Source: Leucoraja erinacea
Lineage: Eukaryota
Assembly: GCF_028641065.1 (NCBI RefSeq)
Contig: NC_073401.1
Span: 31,124,001-31,188,000 of the forward strand
Direction of reading: 5' to 3'
Length of the DNA stretch: 64,000 bases
The stretch's first letter is position 1. Every line of letters begins with the position of its first letter. This document shows positions 37,701 to 47,774 of the stretch, one piece after another. Under the pieces are notes generated by a model that worked only from the letters and a program-made list of their open reading frames with translations, did not search any database and was not told the origin of the DNA. The translations under genes were made by a program, and so were the position numbers.

Positions 37701-40408
37701 AGCTGCATGCAGGGAGCTCTGGTGCTGTCTTACCTCTCCTGACTGTGACTGGCGATCATCGCAAGTCTGTTGTTGCGGCTCATGACCAAGTGTGAGTTTC
37801 CCATCACCAGCACTGCGTCCATGCATTTTGACAGCGTGAACTGAAACAAGGCAGAAACCACGACAGTTCAGTTGTCCAAACACAAACCCACAGATTGCAT
37901 GTCAGTTGTGAGGCCACAGATGCTCCATAATGCAGCGTGGAAACTATCATGAACGCAGAGGGAAAGCCTTGGATATCTCTGGAGCATCGGAGGCTGAGGG
38001 AACATCTGATAGAAGGGGAAGGAAATGAACCTAAGGATGACCAGAGATTAAAATACAGGAAAAAGAGGAGAGATGACCAGATTAATGAGGGGAAATTCAA
38101 CTGGGGAAGTAAAGTGGAAACAAATCGTCAAAGAGAGAGAATGAGTACAGCGGCAGGAATCGTGGAAAGAAATACAGAGAGATCGAGCTGTGACCCAGAG
38201 AAGGGATTGTAGAGTAGGTGAGGCTTGTCAAGGAACAGTGGAGGCAGAGGGCTTGCAGAGTGACCAAGTGGGAACGTCACATCAGTATTTACCGAGCACG
38301 TTGTTCGAGCCCCATTTCAGGAAAATGTCGCCCAGATTGTGGGTGGACTAAACATTGATAATGAGGCACCTTGAGCATTAGATCAGTGACAACAGCACTC
38401 TTTTATTAATGTATATTGACAACTTTAACCACGGAAACTAAGCAACACTGCAGATTGGTGCACTTTGTGTTTAAGGGAATGTCAACAGCTCTCTGTGCCC
38501 CAACAATGGTGGGAAACTCCACAGGTATCACACAGGTATCCAGTGGGAAACTCCACAGGTATCACGCAAGCCACAATGCACACCCCAGGAAAACCCTTTC
38601 ATCAGAATAAACTGGCGGTTTGTGTAAGCGATGGTGACAGGCTGGATTATCGATATTTGTATTCATCTCAGTAGAGAAAGTCAAAGTGATTCTGAGAGAC
38701 AGGATCCACCTACATTTGGAAAGGCAAGGACTGATTAGGGATAGTCGGCATGGCTTTATAAGGAAAAAATCATGACTCAACAATTGTTTTTGAGCAGGCG
38801 ATGAAAAAGGGTAGAGTGGCAGAGGTCTCCATGGATGTTGGCAAGACTTAGTCCCGCGTGGTCAGTTCATCTGCAAGGTCAGATCACACAGAACTGGGGG
38901 AGTGGAGCGGGTGAACATGGGGTGGGGGCTTGGGGGTGTGGGAGAGGGGATGAAAATGGGAGGATCGGAGGTGGATCAGAAGGAGAGAGGGGTGGGGGAG
39001 AGGAAGTGGGGAACAGAGTGGAACTGAACATTCAGTCTCACCGACACCTTGATTTAAAGAACCTATTGTGGTCTTCAGAAGCGTGTCATTATCTCCAGTA
39101 ACATTACTTAGATTGGAGGCCTGTGCCTCAGGAATCAGAGTTCACTGTTGTTGTCGTCTCTATCAACCATTTGGTTTGTAAACTTGTTAACATCTTCTGA
39201 AGGAAAATTATCATTTAAATTAAACAACGTTAGGTGGCTCCAATGTAATTTCTTACCGTTGATTCTTTCAGGATCTGCTGTCCCCACCAAACGGGGTTAA
39301 CATCCACCACAATAACAAGCAGGCTGATATCCTCATCTGTATGGGGAATGAAAGGAATATGTGGTCGACCGGTGTAGATAGTGTCACGGTCTCTGAAGGC
39401 GACAATTTTCATCTACCTCCTCCTCCTGGTTTCATTCACATCTACCACACATTTCACCACAGAACCCTCTAACCCGACAGGTAGACAAAAGTGCTGGATA
39501 AACTCAGCGGGTGCAGCAGCATCTATGGAGCGAAGGAAATAGGCAACGTTTCGTCCCGAAACGTTGCCTATTTCCTTCGCTCCATAGATGCTGCTGCACC
39601 CGCTGAGTTTATCCAGCGCTTTTGTATACCTTCGATTTTCCAGCATCTGCAGTTCCTTCTTAAACCCTCTAACCCGACAGTTCCTTTCCCCCACAGATGT
39701 TGCTCGATCCGCTGAGTCCCTCCAGCAGTTCATTTGGTTTTTGCACAAGATGTAGTTTATTTTGCTGAATTCAGTCAGTGGGGAACACAACAGTGATGGT
39801 TTAAAACCATCAGCCACATCATGACTGAGAATTCAAACTGGTTTGCAGTGAGATCTGTGATCTGTAGCGGGTCTGAACCAGACACGTCCCGCTGAGGCAG
39901 CAGTCACTCTCGCCACAGCCGTGGCAGCCGGACTGTCACAGACAGACAGACAGAGGAGGGAATGTGGGAGAGGGGCAGAGAGGAGGGAGGGAGAGAGGAC
40001 TGTGCGGGGGGGGGGGGGGGGGGGGGGGGGGGGCATGTAGGTGGGGGAGGGGGAAGAGAGGAGTGTAGAGTGGCTGGGAGACAATGGGAGAGGGGACGGT
40101 GCAATGCAGGAGGCTGGAGGGCGGAGGGGAAGAGTTGAAGAGGGGAGAGGGAGAGTGGGGGGGGGGGGGGGGGGGGGAGAGGGGAGTGGGGGGGAGAGGG
40201 GGGAGAGGGGAGACGATGAGAAGGGTGTAGAGTAGCGGGGAGAGGAGGAGGAGGAGGTGGGTGGAGGGGGGCAGAAGGAAACGTGCAGGCGGGGAGATGA
40301 GCTGACGGGATGAATGAGGGGGGGGGGGGGAGGGGAGCTGGGGCGCTGGGGGAGCCGGGGAGCGGGGAGAGGGAACGCGGGGAGGAGCCGCCACTCACCG
40401 GCCGCCAT
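29964..40408 (-). CDS. GTF2H3: General transcription factor IIH subunit 3 (p34/Tfb4), 314 aa
   Basis: 13 exons on the minus strand: 40408-40399, 39336-39257, 37840-37734, 37642-37476, 37390-37328, 36700-36671, 35442-35414, 34827-34753, 32940-32887, 31382-31314, 30502-30367, 30286-30250, 30051-29964 (945 nt, intact frame). Motifs: [79 protein letters not shown] (C-terminal Zn finger). Confidence 0.96.
32003..32647 (+). mobile_element. CR1/HER1 LINE 3' portion
   Basis: [29 protein letters not shown] plus 3'UTR and tail. Confidence 0.9.
33599..33631 (-). ncRNA. Minimal type-I hammerhead ribozyme-like motif in a Penelope-type terminus (best-conserved copy)
   Basis: Minus strand reads GT-CTGAAGA-A-GGGTC-TC-GACCC-GAAAC-GTC-ACC: CUGANGA core, stem II, GAAA, palindromic ACGU stem III and a GUC cleavage triplet. 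Confidence 0.55.
34545..34740 (-). repeat. Three tandem 66-bp Penelope-terminus units
   Basis: CACAGAGTGCTGGAGT at 34546, 34611-34612 and 34677-34678; same unit and junction as 11550-11748, in the opposite orientation. Confidence 0.85.
36435..36676. repeat. 22-bp minisatellite, 11 copies (GTAAACATACATGTA[A/C]CATCCA), overlapping the GTF2H3 exon 6 donor
   Basis: Units start at 36435 with period 22. The last unit, 36655-36676, spans the exon/intron junction. Confidence 0.92.
36701..37327 (-). other. U12-type (minor spliceosome) GT-AG intron, GTF2H3 intron 5
   Basis: Donor GTATCCTTG. Branch-point-like TATCTTAAT about 15 nt before the AG, and no strong pyrimidine tract. Confidence 0.85.
39481..39664. 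mobile_element. Penelope-derived inverted-dimer insertion with long TSD
   Basis: Arms of about 74 bp centred on 39554-39556, flanked by AACCCTCTAACCCGACAG at 39463-39480 and 39663-39680. Confidence 0.8.
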
Positions 40409-40586
40409 CGACCCGCCGCTTCCGGCCCGGACCCCGGTGCGACGCTGACACACGTCCGGGTGCCGTTCCCCGCCCGCGACCCCTCGCTGCCCGGACCGGC
40501 GCCGCCGCTCTGGTTGTCGGGGGACGGGTTAGTGGAGAGACCGGGACAGCGATCCGTCTGCTGACGGGTCCCCGCGTCCGGAGGCG
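40409..40586. promoter_or_regulatory. Bidirectional CpG-island promoter shared by GTF2H3 and EIF2B1
   Basis: Only 178 nt separate the divergent ATGs. The interval is CpG-rich, with an ETS-like CTTCCGG near 40419 and a GC box CCCGCCC near 40470. Confidence 0.8.
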
Positions 40587-43500
40587 ATGGATGAGCTGGG
40601 TGAGGGGGGGGGGGGGGGGTGATGAGCTGGGGATGGGGGGGGGGGGGGGGGAGGATGAGGGGGGGGGGGGGGGTTCTTCTGCCCCGTCTAGGCTCGTCCT
40701 GTCGCCCACATCCTGTAAACTTTGCCCATCCGCGGACCTGTCCAAATGTCTTGTCTCGGGGAGACTGACTTGCCGCGGGCTGGTGTTGTGCTGCGGTCAC
40801 TGCTGGAGGGAGCCAGAGAGGGAGCCCAGACTCGGGGGAGATATTGACGTGGATGGTTTTAATCGCTTGCAATGTTAATGTAATCACCCAGACTAGAGGT
40901 TTGTGTGTCCTGAGATACAGCAAGACACGTTGTGGAGAGTTCCATCACATTGTCGAGGTGTAGATGGTGTCAGGGGGTGAGTCCCTGGGCACCAGACCTG
41001 CTGTCGTTGACACGGGATCTGTGAGGCTGGCCCCTTGAGTTTGTGCTAAGGATGGTGATCCGTGATGCAATGGATCGGATGTGGATAGATATCATTGTTG
41101 GACCAGATCATTGTCTCCATTATGGTGCCTTTGTGATCAGCCCACCTCAGCCTACGCAGGCATGCACACAGATCATAGAGCGGATCTTTGGGCATGCATG
41201 TTCTACTGGCCAAGGGAGTTATCAATGAATTGAATGTTTATGTTGATTGCTAATCCCCATAAATAAATGCCTGTCTGTGCTTCAACCCAACCTTTGCAGA
41301 GCTTGTAGACTATTTCAAAACTCAAATGAGGGAGAATGAAGATGTTGCATCTGCAGTTGCTGCCATTCGCACCTTGCTAGAGTTTTTGAAGAGAGACAAA
41401 GGTAATGTAGTTTATAACTAATTTCTGCACCTGTGTTTCATTTATTGTGACAGTTAAATGAACTGTCCACTCTCACAAGCTTCACAATTATACAATTTAT
41501 AAAGTAACCGGGAAATGTATGTGCTGGGCAGGATGTGCTAAGTTTTTATTGGATAAATGCTGCATGGTTGGTCTAGAAATATGAACACTGTAGGAATAAA
41601 GCTGCAAATTTACTGTGTGTGTGTGATTCTGAAATTAGGCGAGACCCTCCAGGGGCTGAGAGAGAATCTGAAGGCAGCTATAAAAATCCTCAGCAGTGTG
41701 GACTCGTCAGTGGCCGTGTCTTCAGGCGGTGAACTCTTCCTCCGCTTTATCAGCCTGACATCCCTGGAACATCCGGTGTGTATCTCCGCGGTTTCTCCGT
41801 GTCTTTGAATGTGGCCAATGGAATCTCCCCCCCACACCTCAATTGCACTCTGAAACCTCTCTCTTGCCTAATCTTTTCGTCACCTTTCCTGTTCTTGCAT
41901 GCATGTCCCAATGTAAGATATTGTTTAATAATGTTCTCGTGAGGTGCTTTGAGTTGCCGCTGGTGTGTACTGTAGGCCAGGTGTTTGCCAGTGATCTGGC
42001 GGAGCAGCACTGGTGTGTGGACACCAGCCCATCCTTGATCACAAACCTCGGCAAAGAGTTTGGACCACAAGTCCAGGATCTGCCGACCAACAAAGAGACC
42101 CGGCTCTCACCCGTTTATCTGCAGTAACAGTGGACAGAATAGGACAGGAGTCCAAGCTCCGAGTACTGGTATATCGATGTCTCACACTTCAGGCAGCCCT
42201 GACATTCCCCCTCTCACGATCCCTCCCCCACCCAAGTTGCATCAGCTTCTCATTTTCATCATCCTACAAACAGCCAACAATGGCCTGCTTTCTTTATCAT
42301 CGTTACTTTTTTGCATATCATTGATTCATTGTTCTTTATCTCTCTACGTCATCATCTATAATCTCTCGTTTCCCTTATCCCTAACCAGTCTGAAGAAGGG
42401 TCTCGACCCAAAACGTCACACATTCCTTCTGTCCAGAGTTGCTGCCTGTCCTGCTGAGTTACTGCAGCACTTTGTGTCTGTCTCTGAGTGCTGCTGATAC
42501 TTTTATGTTGGTTTTGTTGTTCTTCCAAAGAACTGGTGAAAGACAGTACATTCCATGCACATAGAGTGGAAATAATTTTCTGTTCCTGATCTGTGTTAAT
42601 GCTTAAAATGGGAGCTGTCTGGCATTGTGCAGGTGATGGACATTCACAAAAACATCCCACCCAAAAATCGGAGACTAGAATTAAAGTAACTCCACGGAAT
42701 TTATGTGGGAATAAAATTTTAAAAATCAACACTTTTTTAAAGTCTTGTTTCTTGGCCCATGTACAGGTGAGGCAGCTTCACATCTGCAGTTGCTTGAGTG
42801 GTCTTTGATTATGTTGCCTGCTTTCTCAAGGCAGTGTGTATGTTGCCTGCTTTCTCGAGGCAGTGTGAAGTGTAGATGGTGGGGAATCTGGTCTGTGACT
42901 GGGCTACATCCACAGCTCTCTGCAATTTCCTGCGGCCTTGGGCAGAGCTGTTGCCAAACCAAGCTGTGATTCGTCCCAACAGTGTGCTGTCTATGGTGTA
43001 TCTGTTGATGTTAGTGAGAATACTTACCTGTTATTGCCATTAACTGGGTTTAAACGTTTGTGTTTCAGGATTATTCAATATGCAAAAAGACGATGATAGA
43101 CCGAGGGGAGCTTTACTTGGAAAGAATTTCAGCTTCAAGGAAGAAGATTGCGAACCTGTGTCACGCGTTTATAAGTGACGGCTCTGTGAGTATGGAATGG
43201 GTTGTGCAAAGATGCATCGAATCCTGGTTGCCCTTGTCCCACTGCCAGGCACCTGGGCTGTTCTTGTCGATAATAGCAGCAGGATGAGAGCATAGCCAGG
43301 GTGGTTTGGGTCTTTGATGATGTGGGTCTTGGAGGCCGTGCTTCCTGTAGGTCATTCCAGTGTGGGGAGGTCAGTACCTGTGATGGAGCGGCAGTGTCCA
43401 CCAATTTCTACTTCGATCCGCAGCCTTCAAATGACTGAACCAGGCCGTAATGCGTATGAAATCCAATTGGTTCCTTTCTTTGAGATTTTTACACTTCCAG

Positions 43501-46500
43501 TTATTTTTAGTGTTTGTGAAAACAAAATTATAACCTGGCATTTCCAAACATGAAGATGTGACATCCCATCCCCTGACATTTACAGAATAACCACACAGGG
43601 CCCTAGGGTTGCATCAGGATCCTTTAGATTCACTCCCTTCATCCGGTACTTTGTTACGTCAGGTCATTGCCACAGACGGCTGTGGAGGACAAGTCTTGTG
43701 GGTATTTATAAAGCGGAGATTGATAGGGGCTTGATTAGTAATGGTGTCGGGGGTTGAGAGGGAAAGATAGATCAGCCATGATTGAATGGCGGAGTAGACT
43801 CGATGAGCCGAATAGCCTAATTCGGATCCTATCATTTATGAACTTGAGATCAGGAAGAATTGTCCCCAGTCCTAAAAATCCTGCCTGTTGTTATAATCCA
43901 CCTCCACTTCTTTCTCAGAAAATATTGACGCATTCCTCTTCGCGGGTGGTGCTACGAGTGTTGGAGAGAGCGGCCAGAGCCAAGAAACGCTTCAGTGTGT
44001 ATATCACAGAATCACAGCCCGACTCCTCAGGGTGAGTTCAGAGCTCAGGACCAACTCCTGGCCAGCGTCTGTGACTTGTTCTCTCTCTAGTCTACATCTA
44101 CCCACCTCTGATATGGGATACGCACTAGGTGTCAGCTGCTCTACATCTGCTCTACATCAGTGAGACCAAGCGCAGGCTTGGCGATCGTTTCGCCCAACAC
44201 CTCCGCTCGTTCGCACTAACTAACCTGATCTCCCGGTGGCTCAGCACTTCCGAATCCGACCTTTCTGTCCTGGGCCTCCTCCATGGCCAGAGTTAGTCCC
44301 ACCACAAATTGGAGGAGCAGCATCTCATAGGCAGTTTGCACCCCAGCGGTATGAACATTGGCTTCTCCAATTTCAGGTAGTCCCTGCTTTCTCCCTCCTT
44401 CCCCTCCCCTTCCCAGCTCTCCCACAGCCCACTGTCTCTGCCTCTTCCTTTCTTCTTTCCTCCCCCCCCACCTCCACATCAGTCTGAAGAAGGGTCTCGA
44501 CCCAAAATGTCACCTATTCCATCGCTCCATAGATGCTGCCTCACCTGCTGAGTTTCTCCAGCATTTTATGCAGCTTATAAACCAGCTTCACTCCAGGAAG
44601 AAGTGACCGAGCTTCTCCAGAATCACCTGGTAACTGACTGCTCCAGGCAACAAGCCCCATGCCTCCCGTAGTAAATTTCCTCTGTTCCTGGGGATTCAGC
44701 TTTAAGCCTAATACATCCAGCTCTTTCTCCTGGGAATGCTACTTTGTTAAAGGCTGAATCGGAAATTTATTGAAATGAAAGTTTCAAACCGTTCTCGGAT
44801 TTATTGTCTTCCAGGCTTAAAAGTGCAGAAAGTCTGAAGAAGTTGAACATTCCAGTGACTGTGATCCTTGATGCCTCAGTGGGGTGAGTGGGCAACCGCT
44901 CGTTACTGGTCTGGGGATGTTACTCACACAACGTTTAAACCAGTCGGATTATCCGCAATACATCGCTGTATTCTGGCTCCCCACACAATCGTCTTTCTTT
45001 GGTTGCAGGTACATTATGGAGAAAGTGGACTTGCTTCTGGTCGGGGCTGAAGGGGTAGTGGAGAGCGGAGGGATCATTAACAAGGTAACGTTCCACAAGT
45101 ACTGAGTCTGAAAAAGGAGTCTTGACCCGAAATGTCACCTATCCGTGTGCTCCAGAGATGCCCCTTGACCTGCTGAGATACTCCGGCACTTGTGTCTTTT
45201 CCCGACTGAATCTAACGCTCTCTCATCACGGGAGTCAAGGAAAGAGTCTGGAATAGGAACCGTTCAACCCTTTGCGTCATTCAATCACGGTTTTGGTTCC
45301 TGAGCTCCACAATGCTGCCCCCACCATCTCCTCTGTCCATGCACGGCCCTCCCATCCCTGAGGATGTCCCTCTGCACCGAGGATAACGTGTCTGTCATCT
45401 CAACCTATCAATCTCAACTTGTCAATCTCCAATTTCTGGGGGAGATTGCGATGGTGATTTAGATTAATCTTTGGCTGAACATCATCCCTAAATGACTTGG
45501 TCTTATCTTGTTGCCCCGGGGATTTCCCCCGGTTGTGTGATGGGCGCTGTACAGAGGGCTCCGAGCCGTAGGGAGATGGGCTTTAGTCCTGACACACAAT
45601 TTGTTGTAAAGTTTCCCAATTACACCGTCCAAAACCACAGCAATTCCAAAATTAATATCCTAGCACTAAAAGTGTTATTTTTAAACTAATTTTGTTGGCC
45701 GATTACTAATTTAGATTTAGTCCGGACCGTGTTTCTGTGGAACATAATCACGATACGGGAAGGAAGTTCATCCATTGAAAGGGCAGCTGGTGGTTTTCTC
45801 TCTGCAGATCGGGACATACCAGATGGCAGTCTGTGCAAAATCTCACAACAAGCCCTTCTATGTGGTCGCCGAGAGCTTTAAATTTGTCCGACTCTATCCC
45901 CTCAATCAGCAAGATGTTCCCGATCGATTTAAGGTGAGTAGCATTTGTTCGCAATGGCCTTTGTTTTGTGCTTTGGGTCAATATTTTGAGACAACTAGAT
46001 CACGGTTCTCTAATAGATGCTGCCTGACCCACTGAGTTCCTCCTGAATTTTTGTCTACCGTTACTTTCACTGATGTTAGTTTCTGCTTAAGAATGTTTCC
46101 ATTTCTTGTTCATTTTTTGCCAACAACAGTATGTTGTTGGAGGGCATCGACCACACATGGTGCCTCAGGAAGGCCATCAGCATCCATAAAGACTCCTCAC
46201 AACCTTGTAGTGGACTGTTCGAACTCCTACATTCCGGCAGGCGTTACAAGGCCTTCTAAGCCCGCATCTCCAGACTCAGGAACAGCTTCATCTCCAGAGC
46301 TATAGCTGCTCTGATCCGGCCCTGCTGAGTGCCCCCTCCCCCATGAACTGTCTCCCTCGGATGGTCACGTCGCACAGACACATTTGCACTTTAGACTGTT
46401 TTACTGTTCTTTTTATAAACCATGTTCTCGGGGTATCTAAATCTAAATTTTATTAGTTGTTTAAGTTATGACATCGGATGGAAGCTGCATACCCAAATCT

Positions 46501-46966
46501 CGTTGCACCTATGTGCAATGACAATAATAAAAGATATTATTATTATGTTTTATTTCTGTTGCTTGTTGAGTGTGGGTGGGGTGGGCAGAGTCACTGCGTC
46601 TTCCTCAGCTTCAAACACATCATGGCTCTTGGGGGGCAGTGAGTGAGGCAGTGGTATTAGCTTGGAATTGATGGGGATCTGGGTTAAAATGTGTAGAAAC
46701 AAACGGGATTAGTGTGTGTTCTGGTGAAGATTCAGCACCACTGTAGACCTGTGCTGCAGGTGCTGCGGCTGCCCAATGCTGTTTATTGTGACAAGGCTTT
46801 TATTTTGCAGTACACTGCGGAGATACTGAAGTCAGCAAAGAACCTTGCAGAGGAACACCCGACAGTGGACTACACTCCTCCGTCATTCATTACCCTGTTG
46901 TTCACTGATCTGGGCGTGCTCACCCCTTCTGCTGTTAGTGATGAATTAATTAAACTATATTTGTGA
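40587..46966 (+). CDS. EIF2B1: Translation initiation factor eIF2B subunit alpha, 302 aa
   Basis: 9 exons: 40587-40599, 41300-41401, 41639-41775, 43069-43185, 43919-44031, 44815-44883, 45009-45084, 45808-45933, 46811-46966 (909 nt, all GT-AG). Motifs: [92 protein letters not shown]. Confidence 0.97.
44150..44570 (+). mobile_element. Penelope-like element 3' fragment (GIY-YIG endonuclease remnant plus terminus)
   Basis: [20 protein letters not shown]...PDLPVAQHF matches the YIGET.R.L..RF..H GIY-YIG pattern, followed by the CTGAAGAAGGGTCTCGACCC terminus. Confidence 0.8.
46140..46545 (+). mobile_element. Rex1/Babar-like LINE 3' end
   Basis: [11 protein letters not shown].....RLRNSFI remnant, a 3'UTR with GCAATGACAATAATAAA and a (TAT)n tail. 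Confidence 0.65.
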
Positions 46967-47037
46967 TAATGGGTCTGCTTCTTTTCAAAACTATGCAGTT
47001 ATAAAACCATCTTGTAGAACAAAGGAGAGCTGAACAA

Positions 47038-47051
47038 ATTAAATATTTAAT
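47038..47051. terminator. Palindromic ATTAAATATTTAAT giving an ATTAAA poly(A) hexamer on both strands
   Basis: Perfect 14-bp palindrome between the convergent EIF2B1 and DDX55 stop codons. Confidence 0.35.
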
Positions 47052-47774
47052 ATTCTCAGCTTTCTTCAGCATTATCCGACATAGAAAATATCAAAAACAC
47101 AGGGCTGTGTGTTGAATACATCATTACTGTAATCTTGTGCATCATAACGCTGACTAAGCAATACTTGAATGATTGTGGGATAGTGATGGGGGGAATAATC
47201 CTGCACAGCCTAAAGTGGAAAATATTCAGACATTTACTCTCCACTTGTAGCTCTGGCTCTACTAGAAGACTCTCACTATCAGGATGAATAGATGGCCTTC
47301 CAAGGTTTCAACGTAACCTGGTTTTGGAAATAGGGAAGTACTCAAATGCCCAAAGGTTGGGGAGCAGCTTCAACAGAAGAACCTGTGACATGTGTCCAAA
47401 GTGACCCAGACCCAAAGGGGGCTGTCACCATGCCTGATGTCCCTTGACTTCCCTTCCCTCAGAAACATCCCCTCTGGGCAACAGGTCCACATCTGCTGTA
47501 CCTTCCCTCTCGCATAACTAGTCCAAGTTCAGAGCCACAACAAAGCTATTTAATCGTCCAGTTCACAGCTGGGCTCAGCAAGGGTCACTATTCAAACCAG
47601 TTGGTCCATCACAAGCAGGTTATTCTCCAGTCCTCAACTCACCTCAATAGATTCTCCAACTAAAATTACAGGCAAGTTGTTATATTAAACCTGGAATTTA
47701 ATGTGTTTTAAAATAAAACAAACTGCTGAAGGAATTATTCACAGAATATTACAAATGTCCACTTCAGCCACGAT

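Noticed and set aside
39833-40923. 339-aa and 206-aa minus-strand ORFs
   Set aside because: They run across the CpG-island promoter and poly-G/C tracts; the real coding content is the 10-nt and 13-nt first exons.
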